DNA of 51,944 nt from Promethearchaeota archaeon (GCA_019894975.1 JAGXNO010000026.1:1-51944), one strand, 5' to 3'; positions 10,652 through 21,217 are shown, counted from the first letter of the stretch. Numbers and translations: made by a program. The notes: generated by a model not told the origin, from the sequence alone.

Positions 10652-11488
10652 TCAAATACTCATTTTTTTTCCTGTAAAATCTCTTTTAAATTTCCCAAAA
10701 TCTTCAATTTTTTCTAATTGTTTAGAGTTGAAAATCGGTCCATCCTTACAAACTAACAGGCCTAATGGATCTAAAGCACATAATCCACATATTCCACAGC
10801 CACATCTCATTATCCTTTCAAGACTGGCGTAAAATTCAATATCATGCTTTACACATATTTGAAATAATTTAAACAACATAATCTCGGGACCGCAGGAATA
10901 TACTATCGTATTTTTGAGTTGTTCTAAAGTGTATTCTTTAATTAGTTTCTGAAAAATGTCTGTTGTTACTCCTTTTTCACCATAATTCCCGTCATCTGTA
11001 CAAAAATGAAATTCTGAATTTCTACGATCATATTCATATAGTTCATCCATAAAGAGCAAATCACTCTCTACCTTAGCCCCTTGTATAATTTTAAAATCCT
11101 GGTTTGATTTATTCAGTTCATAAGCTAAAAACCTAAGTGGTGCCATTCCAATACCGCCACCAATAAGAAATATGTTCTTATTCTTATTCACTGGTTTATC
11201 AAAGGAATTTCCTAATGGCCCTCGTACACCTATTAAATCATTTATCTTTAAATCATGTAATGCTTGGGTACAATCCCCGACATTTTTGACAGTAATAGCC
11301 CAATCATTTACCTCATCGCAAGCTGAAATTGACATGGGTATTTCATCTACACCTGGAACCCATACCATGACAAATTGACCAGGATTAGGTCGTAGTTCTG
11401 TTGAGTTATGAAAAATTATTGTTTTGACGTTCTTACATTCATTGATAATTCTACTTATTTTTATTGTCTTTATGGTATTTTCACTCAA
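10652..11488 (-). CDS. pyrK: dihydroorotate dehydrogenase electron transfer subunit
   Basis: PGQFVMVW, RGPLGNSF, GGGIGMAPL, CGPEIM, ERIMRCGCGICGLC, VCKDGPIF; overlaps pyrD. Confidence 0.95.
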   Translation of the reverse strand: MSENTIKTIKISRIINECKNVKTIIFHNSTELRPNPGQFVMVWVPGVDEIPMSISACDEVNDWAITVKNVGDCTQALHDLKINDLIGVRGPLGNSFDKPVNKNKNIFLIGGGIGMAPLRFLAYELNKSNQDFKIIQGAKVESDLLFMDELYEYDRRNSEFHFCTDDGNYGEKGVTTDIFQKLIKEYTLEQLKNTIVYSCGPEIMLFKLFQICVKHDIEFYASLERIMRCGCGICGLCALDPLGLLVCKDGPIFNSKQLEKIEDFGKFKRDFTGKKMSI

Positions 11489-12407
11489 AATCAGGCACCT
11501 CTTGAGTTTTAAAATGATGTGCTAATCCTTTGATGTCATTAATGGTTTTATATTCATTTTCTTTAAGGTGGTTAATTATTCCTTCATTGATTTTAGTAAG
11601 CGTTTCTGTACCTTTATATAAAGCGGTACCTACTTGAACTGCTGAGGCTCCTGCTAGAAAAAACTCGACCACGTCTTCCCAAGAATCTACTCCACCACAC
11701 CCGATTATTGGAATTTTCAGTACTTTATATAAATCATATACTTTTTTCACGGCAATTGAATGGATTGCTTTTCCGGAAAGCCCCCCACTCCCATGAGACA
11801 AAATAGGTCTTTTTGTTTTTACATCAATTACCATAGCTGCTAGAGTATTTATTGCTACAACCCCATCTGCACCACCTCTTTCGGCGGCTAAGGCAATTTC
11901 ACTCAAATTTGTTACGTTGGGATTAAGTTTTACAAAAAGTGGCACATTCAAGCCTTTTTTTAAGAATTTAACAATTTCAAAGGTTAAGTCTTTATCAATC
12001 CCAATTGATGCCACTTCAGCATGAGGGCACGAAATATTAATTTCAATGGCATCAGCACCTGCCTTTTCAGCTTTAGCTGCAACCTCAAGATAAACTTCAT
12101 CAGTATCCCCAAAAACACTTACAATTAATGGAATATTGTTATCTTTGATTTCCTTTATTTCTGAAATAAAGTTATCTATCCCCGGATTACCGAGTCCGAC
12201 TGCATTCATAAAAGTTCCGGGATATAGTTCGATTATAGAGGGATTTCTATACCCTTTCCTAGGAGTTGGTCCAATAGATTTAGTTGTTACCGCACCTGCC
12301 CCAGCATCAATTATTCTCTTCATTGAAGAATAAGACACTCCTAAAATCCCAGATGCTAAAATGAGAGGGGTTTTTAATTTTAAACCAGAGAGATTTATTT
12401 CAAGCAT
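11481..12407 (-). CDS. pyrD: dihydroorotate dehydrogenase family 1B catalytic subunit
   Basis: LASGILG, TTKS, NAVGLGNPG, EINISCPH, VKLNPN, INTL, GGLSG, GASAVQVGT. Confidence 0.96.
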   Translation of the reverse strand: MLEINLSGLKLKTPLILASGILGVSYSSMKRIIDAGAGAVTTKSIGPTPRKGYRNPSIIELYPGTFMNAVGLGNPGIDNFISEIKEIKDNNIPLIVSVFGDTDEVYLEVAAKAEKAGADAIEINISCPHAEVASIGIDKDLTFEIVKFLKKGLNVPLFVKLNPNVTNLSEIALAAERGGADGVVAINTLAAMVIDVKTKRPILSHGSGGLSGKAIHSIAVKKVYDLYKVLKIPIIGCGGVDSWEDVVEFFLAGASAVQVGTALYKGTETLTKINEGIINHLKENEYKTINDIKGLAHHFKTQEVPDFE

Positions 12408-12484
12408 TTTTTTAAGAAAATAATGATTATAATTTTATAATAATTATTAATGAAGAAGAAATAACTCTGAATCAATGTAAAAAA

Positions 12485-13690
12485 ATGAAGTCATACATCG
12501 CAGATACTTTATGTGGAATTTTTGCTTTTGATGAATCTGGAAATATATTAAATTTTATCGATTTTGAAGATGATAAACAAAAAATAATCCAATTTTATGA
12601 AGCTATTAATGAAGGAATTATTCAGAGTGTATTTGAAGATTTTTTATTAGAATTGAAGAATTCTGGTTTTGATGAATTTATATTTGATAATAAGGATTTA
12701 CACACATTAACTTCACAAACACTTGGATACAAAACTGAATTAAAGAGTATCTCGCTGGAACTTAAAGATTTTCGTTTAAATTTGCTAATCCAATTAAAGA
12801 AAGTTGGAATAATCAAAACAAAAGATGAAATCCTCGCACAATACAAAGAGATTAATGAAGAATTATCCAAGAAAAAGGTAAGTTTAGCGAGTGGGCACTC
12901 TGATAATATGATAATTCAAATTATTAGTATATTAGATGTGATTAAGAAATCTATAAGTCTATTATCTAGTCACCTTAGAGAATGGTATGGATTACACTTC
13001 CCAGAATTAACTGATAAAGTGATCGATGATAATATGCTATTAGCAAAAATGATTTCTACCCTCGGTGCAAGAGAGAAATTTACATATGAAAATCTTAGAA
13101 AAAATTTTGAGCTATCTGATAATAAAATCAACATTTTACAGGAATATGCATCAAACTCTATGGGAGCTAATTTTAATTTGAAGCTGGTTCAAGATTATGC
13201 GAGTCAAATACTTTCATTAGATTCATATAGTCAAGACTTGGAAGAGCGCTTGACAGTTCTAATGACTAAATCTGCGCCTAATATAAACGCAATAATTGGA
13301 TCATTAATTGGTGCAAAACTTATAGCAAAAGCAGGAGGTTTAAGAAAATTAGCCTTCATGCCTGCATCTAGAATTCAATTATTGGGGGCTGAAAAAGCTC
13401 TGTATCGCTTCCTCAAAACTGGGGAAAAACGACCAAAACATGGATTGATTTTTCAATGGAATCAAATTAGGGGCAGTAAATATTATCATAGAGGTAAAAT
13501 AGCTAGGGTGGTGGCGGGTAAAATTGGCATTGCTGCGAAAGTAGATAATTTTAATGGTGATTTCATAGGAGATGAATTAGCAAGGATTCTTGAATTAAAA
13601 ATAAAAGAAATTGAAGAAAAATATCCTAATCCCCCAAAGAAAACAGAACCAGTAAACGTTAGAAAATCTAAACCAAAAAAGAGAAGATGA
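12485..13690 (+). CDS. nop5: box C/D sRNP protein Nop5 (Nop56/58)
   Basis: REWYGLHFPEL, APN, PASRIQLLGAEKALYR, PKHGLIFQ, RGKIAR; precedes fibrillarin. Confidence 0.95.
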   Translation: MKSYIADTLCGIFAFDESGNILNFIDFEDDKQKIIQFYEAINEGIIQSVFEDFLLELKNSGFDEFIFDNKDLHTLTSQTLGYKTELKSISLELKDFRLNLLIQLKKVGIIKTKDEILAQYKEINEELSKKKVSLASGHSDNMIIQIISILDVIKKSISLLSSHLREWYGLHFPELTDKVIDDNMLLAKMISTLGAREKFTYENLRKNFELSDNKINILQEYASNSMGANFNLKLVQDYASQILSLDSYSQDLEERLTVLMTKSAPNINAIIGSLIGAKLIAKAGGLRKLAFMPASRIQLLGAEKALYRFLKTGEKRPKHGLIFQWNQIRGSKYYHRGKIARVVAGKIGIAAKVDNFNGDFIGDELARILELKIKEIEEKYPNPPKKTEPVNVRKSKPKKRR

Positions 13691-13706
13691 GGGATATTTT
13701 TAAAAT

Positions 13707-14405
13707 ATGTCTAATATTGAAATAAGAAATCATCCAAAATTTTATAATGTATTTATATCTGGCCCAAAGGGGAAATTCAAATTATATACAAGAAACCTTG
13801 ATAAGGGAAATAGAATCTATGGAGAGAGATTGGTAAATTCAAAAGAAATTGAATATAGAGAATGGGATCCTTACCGAAGTAAGTTAGCAGCATTATTATT
13901 GGAAAATCCTATTACCAACTTTTTATCGGAAGATTTAAATTGCCTTTATTTAGGAGCCTCCTCTGGCACAACAATTTCTCATCTTTCCGATATTGCCTAC
14001 TCAGGAATTATTTATGGTGTTGAATTTGCTGAAAGAAGTATTAGACAGTTAATACAAAGCACATCTAGAAGGAACAATATTATTCCTATATTAGAAGATG
14101 TTCGATACCCTCAAAATTATGCCAAATCAATATTTTCAAATATAGACCTAATTTACCAAGATATATCTCAACCTAACCAAGCAGAAATTGCGATTAAAAA
14201 TTGTAATTATTATCTTAAAAAAGATGGAATACTAATCTTTGCGATTAAATCTCAATCCATTGATAGCATTCGAAAATCTGAGGATGTGTATGCTCAAGAG
14301 AAAAAAATTCTTGAAGAAGCGGGGTATAATATTATTGAAAGTGTAAATATACATCGGTATGCTGCCAACCATATTATATTAATCGTTAAAAGAGGGAATA
14401 CTTAG
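13707..14405 (+). CDS. flpA: fibrillarin rRNA/tRNA 2'-O-methyltransferase
   Basis: YGER, EYREWDPYRSKLAA, LYLGASSGTTISHLSD, YQDISQPNQ. Confidence 0.97.
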   Translation: MSNIEIRNHPKFYNVFISGPKGKFKLYTRNLDKGNRIYGERLVNSKEIEYREWDPYRSKLAALLLENPITNFLSEDLNCLYLGASSGTTISHLSDIAYSGIIYGVEFAERSIRQLIQSTSRRNNIIPILEDVRYPQNYAKSIFSNIDLIYQDISQPNQAEIAIKNCNYYLKKDGILIFAIKSQSIDSIRKSEDVYAQEKKILEEAGYNIIESVNIHRYAANHIILIVKRGNT

Positions 14406-15091
14406 AAAAAATCAGTTATTTTTTTATTATGTAAATCTTCAGCTATTATTTTTCTTATTGTAGCCCACGATTTCCTAGCGAAAGGGGGTGATTTTTTTTT
14501 TTCCTTTATCCATATTCGAAGGAAATCGATTGTTCTTCTATCTGAAGGATATCCTGATCCAAAATCCCCAAATTTTTCCTTTAATTCCTCGATTAATGTA
14601 TCTCGTTTATCTTTAGCCACGATTGAGGCTGCAGATACAATTGGAAAGAGATCATCAGCTTTATGTTTTGAAATGAGTTCATCTGGTTTATAGTCTAACC
14701 GTTTTAAAATAGAATCCCTAAACCTATTTTCAATTACATCAACCGCATCAACATAAATAACACTTGGTTTTAATTCTCTGATGATTTCTGCCATTTTTAA
14801 TTCTTCAAGTTCATTTAAAGTGATTTTATTCTCTTCTCTTTGGTCAATTTCTTCGGGTGGGACTACAATAATTTTAAAAGATTCACATCTTTCTACAATT
14901 AACTTTGCCAATTTACTCCTTTTATTAGCATTTAGTTTCTTAGAATCTTTTACTCCGATCTCAGTTAAATAAGGGAGATTTGCTTCTTTAAAACAGACAC
15001 CACAAAGAACCAGAGGACCAATTACGGGACCTTTTAGGATATAATTCGAAATGAATTAAATTCTCCCAGCCTCGTCTATACCACAAATCAC
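14402..15091 (-). CDS. rnhB: ribonuclease HII, split by a 30-nt intron (join of 15091-15063 and 15032-14402; 219 aa)
   Basis: GTG at 15091 gives MICGIDEAGR, then a 30-nt insert with in-frame TAA, then GPVIGPLVLCGV...GVKDSKKL continuing into the track ORF (YVDA, KADD, VSAASIVAK, GSGYPSD, C-terminal PIP box KKITDFF). Confidence 0.93.
15033..15062 (-). other. putative BHB-type mRNA intron (30 nt) in rnhB
   Basis: mRNA: C-UGGG-AG^A-AUUUAAUUC(AUUUC)GAAUUAUAU-CCUA-AA^A-G. UGGG/CCUA 4-bp helix, two 3-nt bulges, intron hairpin; cutting after bulge nt 2 restores GGG AGA GGT (G-R-G). Confidence 0.85.
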
Positions 15092-15104
15092 TTCTGATTA
15101 CCTT

Positions 15105-16106
15105 TTAAGAATCTTGGATGAGTTCGATAAATTCTTCCTCATCATCAACTTGTTCTAAATTCTTTATTTTAATAATATGAATATCCTTTCCTTTTATAGT
15201 TCCTGGAATTCTTACACTATTATCAACAATGTACAATGCTGTTTTATGAAATAAATCATTAAACATCTTTAAACAATTGAAATTTACCTCATTTACTTTC
15301 TTCTGCTCATCAGAGAGAGCTGAAAAAAGAGGATAAAAACCATCACTCCCAACTTTATCGATAGAAGAAAATAAAGATAATTTGAAAGGTACTGAGCCTT
15401 TCTTGTACCAGTAAGAAGATAATCCAATATCATTTACTATAGTTTGAACATGGGATTCGAATTCACTGAGTTCCTTTTCTTGGAGATAATCATTATCTCC
15501 CATCTCATGCTTTACATTCCACTTGAAGATATTAATTTTTTTGAAAATTTCACTATCTTCTAAGATATTTAAAATTTTCCTAGCTATTTCTTCAGAGGGA
15601 CGCATGCTTTCATTTTCATATGAGCAAACGGTTCTCTTAGTTATTCCTAACTTCTCTGATAATTCTTTTCTTGTTATTAAACGTTGTTCTCTTATCTCTT
15701 TCATTAGAACACCATCTAAAAACACAACACCACCACCTCTCTTAGCTAATATATAGGGATATATATTATTTGCAAGAATTTTTTCAAGCGTAGTTAATGT
15801 TATAAAGGGTAACCCATTTCTAACATAAATTGTGTTATCTTCTAAGTTCTGATACCTATTTTTTATACCTATCAACAAGGGTTTAGATTTTAAAATTGTT
15901 GATAAAGACTTAATATCACGTACTAGATCCTGATTTAAATTATCAATATTAGGAAAGACTTTTACACTAAAAACTAAATCATCTCTTTTTACTAAAAGAT
16001 CAAAGCAAAATTTACTTTTTTTTGATCCAAAATTTCCTAAAGAGAAAGTTTCGAAATTAGCCTTTTTCAGCAGACCATCAATTCTTTCAATAACAGTACT
16101 CGACAT
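15105..16106 (-). CDS. archaeal Cro/C1 HTH transcriptional regulator (COG1395-like)
   Basis: CFDLLVKR, VKVFPNIDNL, LEDNTIYVRNG, RGGGVVFLDG, HTH ITRKELSEKLGITKRTVCSYENE. Confidence 0.85.
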   Translation of the reverse strand: MSSTVIERIDGLLKKANFETFSLGNFGSKKSKFCFDLLVKRDDLVFSVKVFPNIDNLNQDLVRDIKSLSTILKSKPLLIGIKNRYQNLEDNTIYVRNGLPFITLTTLEKILANNIYPYILAKRGGGVVFLDGVLMKEIREQRLITRKELSEKLGITKRTVCSYENESMRPSEEIARKILNILEDSEIFKKINIFKWNVKHEMGDNDYLQEKELSEFESHVQTIVNDIGLSSYWYKKGSVPFKLSLFSSIDKVGSDGFYPLFSALSDEQKKVNEVNFNCLKMFNDLFHKTALYIVDNSVRIPGTIKGKDIHIIKIKNLEQVDDEEEFIELIQDS

Positions 16107-16228
16107 TAAACCTAATTACTTTAATGATATTTTATAATTAAACCTTATTTTGTGATAGTAATATTTTAAGACTTAATTAATTTATTTCTGTTTTTAATAA
16201 TATTCGATAGGGTTTATTGTACTTTTCA

Positions 16229-16831
16229 TTAATCTTGAGTAAGTTTAAGAAAGTCGGCATCAGTTATTATGCCAACAAAGTCATGTTGTTCATTTTTTAC
16301 CAACACTGCGGAGTATCTTATAAGTAAATTTGAGATATCCTTCACGTTCCAGTTCTCATCAACTTCAGGGAACGGTAGTTCTTTTATAAGAGATACATCC
16401 CCACCTAGAATCTCAGGATTATCTGTTATGTGTTTTTGAATTTTTTTTGAGGTAATGCTTCCAAAATTATGTTTATTTTCTATTATCGGAAGTTGGGAGA
16501 TATTTTCGTCATGCATAATTTCTACAGCTTCTCTTATGGTTGAATTCGGTTTAATAAACTTGATATCACGGCTCATGATGTCTTTAGCATATCTTTTTGA
16601 CTTTTTTCGTTTATTTTTTTCTTTCTCTAAATATTCGTATATCATTTTAAATTTAGTATAGGGAGGATCAACCAATCCACTTTCAATTCTTGAGATTGTA
16701 GATTGGGTTATATTCAATTCGTCAGCGAGTTCTTTTTGACTTATATTTAATTTCTTTCTTAAACGCCTTATTTCACTTAAAGAAGGTAAATTTATCATAT
16801 TTGGTTGGTATAATTTATGCGTGTTGTGCAT
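16229..16831 (-). CDS. HTH-XRE + CBS domain transcriptional regulator
   Basis: ISQKELADELNITQSTISRIESGLVDPPY followed by a CBS pair (ISQLPII, VGIITDADFL). Confidence 0.9.
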   Translation of the reverse strand: MHNTHKLYQPNMINLPSLSEIRRLRKKLNISQKELADELNITQSTISRIESGLVDPPYTKFKMIYEYLEKEKNKRKKSKRYAKDIMSRDIKFIKPNSTIREAVEIMHDENISQLPIIENKHNFGSITSKKIQKHITDNPEILGGDVSLIKELPFPEVDENWNVKDISNLLIRYSAVLVKNEQHDFVGIITDADFLKLTQD

Positions 16832-16996
16832 AATGAAAGTAATAAATATTTATAAATATTTTTCATACCCTAAAATTAACCATACAAAATAAATGAAACG
16901 ACTATATTTTTCATTTAATAAGGAATTTAACTGATAAATAATTTAAAAACATACTTAAAAGAACAATTTATATCATTAAGAAGTTGGTTATATGAA

Positions 16997-18241
16997 ATGT
17001 TAAAAATTACTCGAGCAAACTTTTTACCTATTGAAAAGAGTGAATTTCCTGAGATTGCGGAACGCAAAGGCCTAGGTCACCCTGATACCGTCTGTGATGC
17101 GGTCGCAGATGCTTGTTCTAGAGCCTTATGCGTTTATTATCTTGAAAATTTTGGCCGAGTTTACCACCATAATGTCGATAAGGCTGCCCTTGTTGGAGGC
17201 ACCGCAAAACCCAAATTTGGTGGGGGTCTAATTATTCAACCGCAATATTTTTTAATCGTAGGACGTGCAATAAATCAGATACTTACAGAATGTACTGATG
17301 GACCTAATAAACTTGAATATGTCCCAATCCCAACCATCTGTATCGATACACAACGCGAAGTGTTATCTAAGATTTTTAGAAATCTTAATTTAAATCGTGA
17401 CATTCAGTTTGATTACGCTGTAAGGCCTGGATCCATTGATTTAACAGGCGTATTTGATGAATCTCACCACACAGATGATGTTCCATTGGCAAATGATACT
17501 AGTTTTGGAGTAGGGTATGCTCCATATTCAGATGTTGAGAGAGTGACATTAGAGGCTGAGAACCTCATTAATTCTCCCGCATTTAAAGATAAGTGTAAGG
17601 GCTCTGGGGAGGATATAAAAGTGATGACACAGAGAATCGGAAATAACGTGGGAATTACAGTAGCAGCTGCGATGGTGAGTAAATATATTAATGATGCTGA
17701 CGAATATGTGAGTTATACTAATCAAATAAGAGATGCTGTATTGGATCTGGCGTCAGACATTATTCCTGAACGGGATGTGACCTGTCAAGTAAATGTTGCA
17801 GATAATATAGAGAAAGGAATTATGTACTTAACAATTACGGGCACATCTGCCGAAGCAGGAGATGATGGTGAGGTAGGACGTGGGAATAGGTCTAATGGCC
17901 TTATTACTCCTTGTAGAACAATGAGTTTGGAAGCTGTTTGTGGAAAAAATCCAATTAATCACGTAGGAAAAATCTACAATGTATTAAGTACTGAAATCGC
18001 AAGAGAGATTATTAATCGAGGGCAAGGAGATATAGTAGAAGCGCATATAAAATTACTCTCTCAAATAGGACATCCAATTACGGAGCCTTGGGTTAATTCT
18101 ATAGAACTAATCCCTGCAGAAAATGTAAATTTTGATTCTGTAAAGAAAATAGCTGCGGAAGTATCTGAAGAAAAATTATCTAAAGATGCGTTAATTGATT
18201 TGAGAAAGAGATTAATCGCAGGCGACGTTCAAGTATATTAG
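16997..18241 (+). CDS. mat: archaeal S-adenosylmethionine synthetase
   Basis: [65 protein letters not shown]. Confidence 0.97.
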   Translation: MLKITRANFLPIEKSEFPEIAERKGLGHPDTVCDAVADACSRALCVYYLENFGRVYHHNVDKAALVGGTAKPKFGGGLIIQPQYFLIVGRAINQILTECTDGPNKLEYVPIPTICIDTQREVLSKIFRNLNLNRDIQFDYAVRPGSIDLTGVFDESHHTDDVPLANDTSFGVGYAPYSDVERVTLEAENLINSPAFKDKCKGSGEDIKVMTQRIGNNVGITVAAAMVSKYINDADEYVSYTNQIRDAVLDLASDIIPERDVTCQVNVADNIEKGIMYLTITGTSAEAGDDGEVGRGNRSNGLITPCRTMSLEAVCGKNPINHVGKIYNVLSTEIAREIINRGQGDIVEAHIKLLSQIGHPITEPWVNSIELIPAENVNFDSVKKIAAEVSEEKLSKDALIDLRKRLIAGDVQVY

Positions 18242-18341
18242 AAAATAGGTATTGATAAACAAATTTTTATTTTTTTCTCATTTTTTATATATTAGATTTT
18301 CAAATAGGAAACTAATTATTAAATATTATAATGATTATTAT

Positions 18342-18599
18342 ATGGGTTTAGATAAATGGCTTAACTCTGAGGAAGTAGAAAAACAGAAGAAGAAAAAGCC
18401 CACTGAGGTTGGAAAAAAGAAGAATGAAGGAAAGCAAGCTCCTGAGTCGAAAACCAACATTGTGAAATTGATGAAATACACTCTTAATTGCCCTAATTCA
18501 AAATGCAAATACCAGAAAACAGTTATGAAAAAAATTCTTACAGATTTGGATAAGATCTGTCCTAGATGTGATAAAGAAATGAAAGTTAAAAGTATCTAA
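18342..18599 (+). CDS. small Lys-rich zinc-ribbon protein
   Basis: Likely start ATG 18342 (MGLDKWL); CPNSKC...CPRC; the track's upstream extension is low-complexity T-rich sequence. Confidence 0.65.
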   Translation: MGLDKWLNSEEVEKQKKKKPTEVGKKKNEGKQAPESKTNIVKLMKYTLNCPNSKCKYQKTVMKKILTDLDKICPRCDKEMKVKSI

Positions 18600-18615
18600 T
18601 GATATCCAAATTAAC

Positions 18616-18876
18616 TTATCGTTGTTTTTTTACGTATTCAACGGGTTTAAGAGTTTTTAAGTCAAAAACCGATTCACAATTAGGGCAAGTGTTCGGTTTC
18701 TTACTGTATTTGAGAATAAAATAGATTATAAAGCCCAGACCTATGGTCATGATAACCAGGAACATTAAAATTTCATGATATTGATGGTCGAAAGTTTTTC
18801 GACGCAGTTCGACGGTTTGCTCGCATGTTGGACAAAACACTTTATGTCCCATTTGTCGGTTCTCCTCAATTAACAT
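18616..18876 (-). CDS. LITAF-like zinc ribbon membrane protein
   Basis: CPTC - hydrophobic segment - CPNC architecture. Confidence 0.6.
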   Translation of the reverse strand: MLIEENRQMGHKVFCPTCEQTVELRRKTFDHQYHEILMFLVIMTIGLGFIIYFILKYSKKPNTCPNCESVFDLKTLKPVEYVKKQR

Positions 18877-18924
18877 ACAAAAACAAATTGAATATAATGT
18901 TAAAATAAATACAGTGAAACTTAA

Positions 18925-19686
18925 TTATATTTGGTTTGAAATCGAATTATTTCTAATCTCATTTAAATTTTTTGCTGATCTGCCAATGTAAATGGAGTGC
19001 GCCTTAAGATGTTGATTAATTTTAGTGTAGCTTCCCATCCCTAGAATAGCTCCCTTTTCCACTATTGTACCAGGAGAAATCACGCTAAATGCCCCTATTG
19101 TGCTTCCTTCTTCTAAAATCACTCTTTTGATGATTAAAAATTCTCCTACAATCATAGAACTCATGATGATTGATCCTTCACCAAGAATAACATTATCCTT
19201 AATTATTACGAAATCTGAATCGATATAGCTGTCTAGAACACCACTATTGTATGAAACCTTTACTCCTAGTGTTTTCAAGGCTAGTAATTTTGCCCAAGGT
19301 AAAGGGAAGTAATTAAATATTTTTAAAATCAAACTTTTTAAATTTTTTCTTAGAATGTAGAAAATATAATCTTTATTTTTTAAAGATCTCAAAAAAAATC
19401 CTTCTTTTGGCTTATGAATTAAATTTATAATTATCAAAAACAGTTTTGAAAATAGGAGGAGAAAAAGAATGAAAATTCCATAATAGAGAACAATAGAAAC
19501 GGGCAAAAAACACAATATTACTATAGTTGGGATAAATGAGGAGAAAATATTGAAAAAAAGCGAAAAAATTAGACTTGTTGGGAAAATTGAAAGCCAAATC
19601 AAGAGGATATAAAGCCATAAAAGACTGTAAGGGGTTGTACTGTTGTTTGTCACAATTATATCGTTAATCGGTATGATTATCACCAA
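18925..19686 (-). CDS. membrane protein with left-handed beta-helix (hexapeptide) acyltransferase-like domain
   Basis: Two TM segments, PKEG, then IKDNVILGEGS / LEEGSTIGAFSVISPGT repeats; true start uncertain. Confidence 0.75.
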   Translation of the reverse strand: MVIIIPINDIIVTNNSTTPYSLLWLYILLIWLSIFPTSLIFSLFFNIFSSFIPTIVILCFLPVSIVLYYGIFILFLLLFSKLFLIIINLIHKPKEGFFLRSLKNKDYIFYILRKNLKSLILKIFNYFPLPWAKLLALKTLGVKVSYNSGVLDSYIDSDFVIIKDNVILGEGSIIMSSMIVGEFLIIKRVILEEGSTIGAFSVISPGTIVEKGAILGMGSYTKINQHLKAHSIYIGRSAKNLNEIRNNSISNQI

Positions 19687-21217
19687 TGTTATTATTATAA
19701 TTATACGTTGAATTGGGGCTTAATTTTTCGTTTTTCGAAGTAACAACGAGGGGGAGAATGGTTACATTATTCTCGATTTCTGTTCCTGGAGCAATACAAC
19801 AATTATCTGAAATAGCAACATTATCTCCAATAATGATACGTTTAATAGTTAAATTCTTATCCCACAGATGATTTGCAAGTAATGCTTTTCCCAAATATGA
19901 GTTTCGTCCAACTTTTAAGAACTCCTTTGCAATAAAGCAATTTTCGATTACGGAATCTTTCCCAAATTGACAGTTACCTATGAAATTAAATGCGGGTTTC
20001 ATTAACCACGGAAAGGGGCTCTTTTGTATTTTCCATTTGGCATATCTTAGAAAAAAAGAGCGTTTAAAGTAATTGTTGAAATCAGGGGTTTTATTACTCC
20101 AATGATAGATCCCTTCTTTAGCGGGATTGTTATATTGGGATATTTTATACACTAATTTAGTAAGTAATATGACAACGAATAGATTTACAAGTAAAAGAAT
20201 AATAATAAATAAGGGGGTTATTAAAAGTATTAACAATGTGTGAAGATCTATAAAAACATGGATAATTGTTGGTTTTAGTAAATAAATAGGTAAAATAAAT
20301 TCATTGAAATAATAAAATGTGCCTAATATTGGAATTATATTTGATAAAAAATAGATGATTCCAAAAGTTAGGACGTTTAAGGGTAAATTTTTCACAAATT
20401 TCTCTTCTGAATCGTTGGGAATTGGATTATAAATCTTATCAGAGGGGTTCAAAAATTCCATTTCTTTTCGAATTTTCGTCTGATTCTGGGGAGAATAATG
20501 TAATTTTTCTGCAGGATTCCCAATATAGACTGTATTTGATTCTAAATTTTGGTTAATTTTCGTTACTGACATGGCACCCAATACAGTGTTAGACCCTATA
20601 TGAGTACCTGGGGCAATGAATGAATTCGAACCAATAATTACGTTATCTCCAATTGATATTTTAGTAATAATTAGATGTCCCTTAATTATCATGCTTGATC
20701 TTATAGAACATCCTTGACCAATGCTTATATTGCTTCCTAGTTCGATGAATTCGGTGTCTATATTGCCGTTAGATATATTGTTGGAGTAGTCCGTTTTTAT
20801 TCCTAAAAGCTTCAATATAAGATTATGGATAAATGAAGAAGGAATTAAATTTGCTGTCCATATCGGTAATTTCTTAACAACTGCTCTTAAACTCCAATAA
20901 TAATAGTCCTTATCGATTCTTTCCATTCTAAACTTCCCTTGTTTTGGTTCATGAAGATTTTTGATAATAATAAGCCCCAGCTTTGATAAAAGAGTTGAAG
21001 TTATGATAAGTGTTAAGAATCCAAAACAAATTATTAAGGGGAAAAGATAATAAAAAAGTAAAATAAAATCTTTAATTAAGGTCCAAAATACAAAAATTTC
21101 AATTAGAACTGGTAAGAGAGACCCCCAAATAATTAAAATGTAGACAAGAAGAAATTTTTTAGATGCCAATGTATTTGTCGTAAAAAGGCCATCTTGAATT
21201 GAGACCGGGGAAGACAA
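19664..21217 (-). CDS. membrane protein with two TM + hexapeptide-repeat modules
   Basis: IGDNVIIGSNSFIAPGTHIGSNTVLG and IGDNVAISDNCCIAPGT, each preceded by TM helices and PKQG/PAKEG. Confidence 0.78.
   Translation of the reverse strand: MSSPVSIQDGLFTTNTLASKKFLLVYILIIWGSLLPVLIEIFVFWTLIKDFILLFYYLFPLIICFGFLTLIITSTLLSKLGLIIIKNLHEPKQGKFRMERIDKDYYYWSLRAVVKKLPIWTANLIPSSFIHNLILKLLGIKTDYSNNISNGNIDTEFIELGSNISIGQGCSIRSSMIIKGHLIITKISIGDNVIIGSNSFIAPGTHIGSNTVLGAMSVTKINQNLESNTVYIGNPAEKLHYSPQNQTKIRKEMEFLNPSDKIYNPIPNDSEEKFVKNLPLNVLTFGIIYFLSNIIPILGTFYYFNEFILPIYLLKPTIIHVFIDLHTLLILLITPLFIIILLLVNLFVVILLTKLVYKISQYNNPAKEGIYHWSNKTPDFNNYFKRSFFLRYAKWKIQKSPFPWLMKPAFNFIGNCQFGKDSVIENCFIAKEFLKVGRNSYLGKALLANHLWDKNLTIKRIIIGDNVAISDNCCIAPGTEIENNVTILPLVVTSKNEKLSPNSTYNYNNNIGDNHTD

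Noticed and set aside
15034-15061. Alternative BHB register in rnhB (GGGA/UCCU helix)
   Set aside because: It would excise 28 nt and leave the gene out of frame.
14402-15091. rnhB and elf1 as pseudogenes or sequencing errors
   Set aside because: Each has one clean structured insert and no other lesion, the inserts are not duplications of flanking sequence, and BHB cut rules restore consensus residues in both. Not formally excluded without reads.
18342-18362. N-terminal LDKWL as a PCNA-interacting motif
   Set aside because: It lacks the upstream Gln and is too short to support a call.
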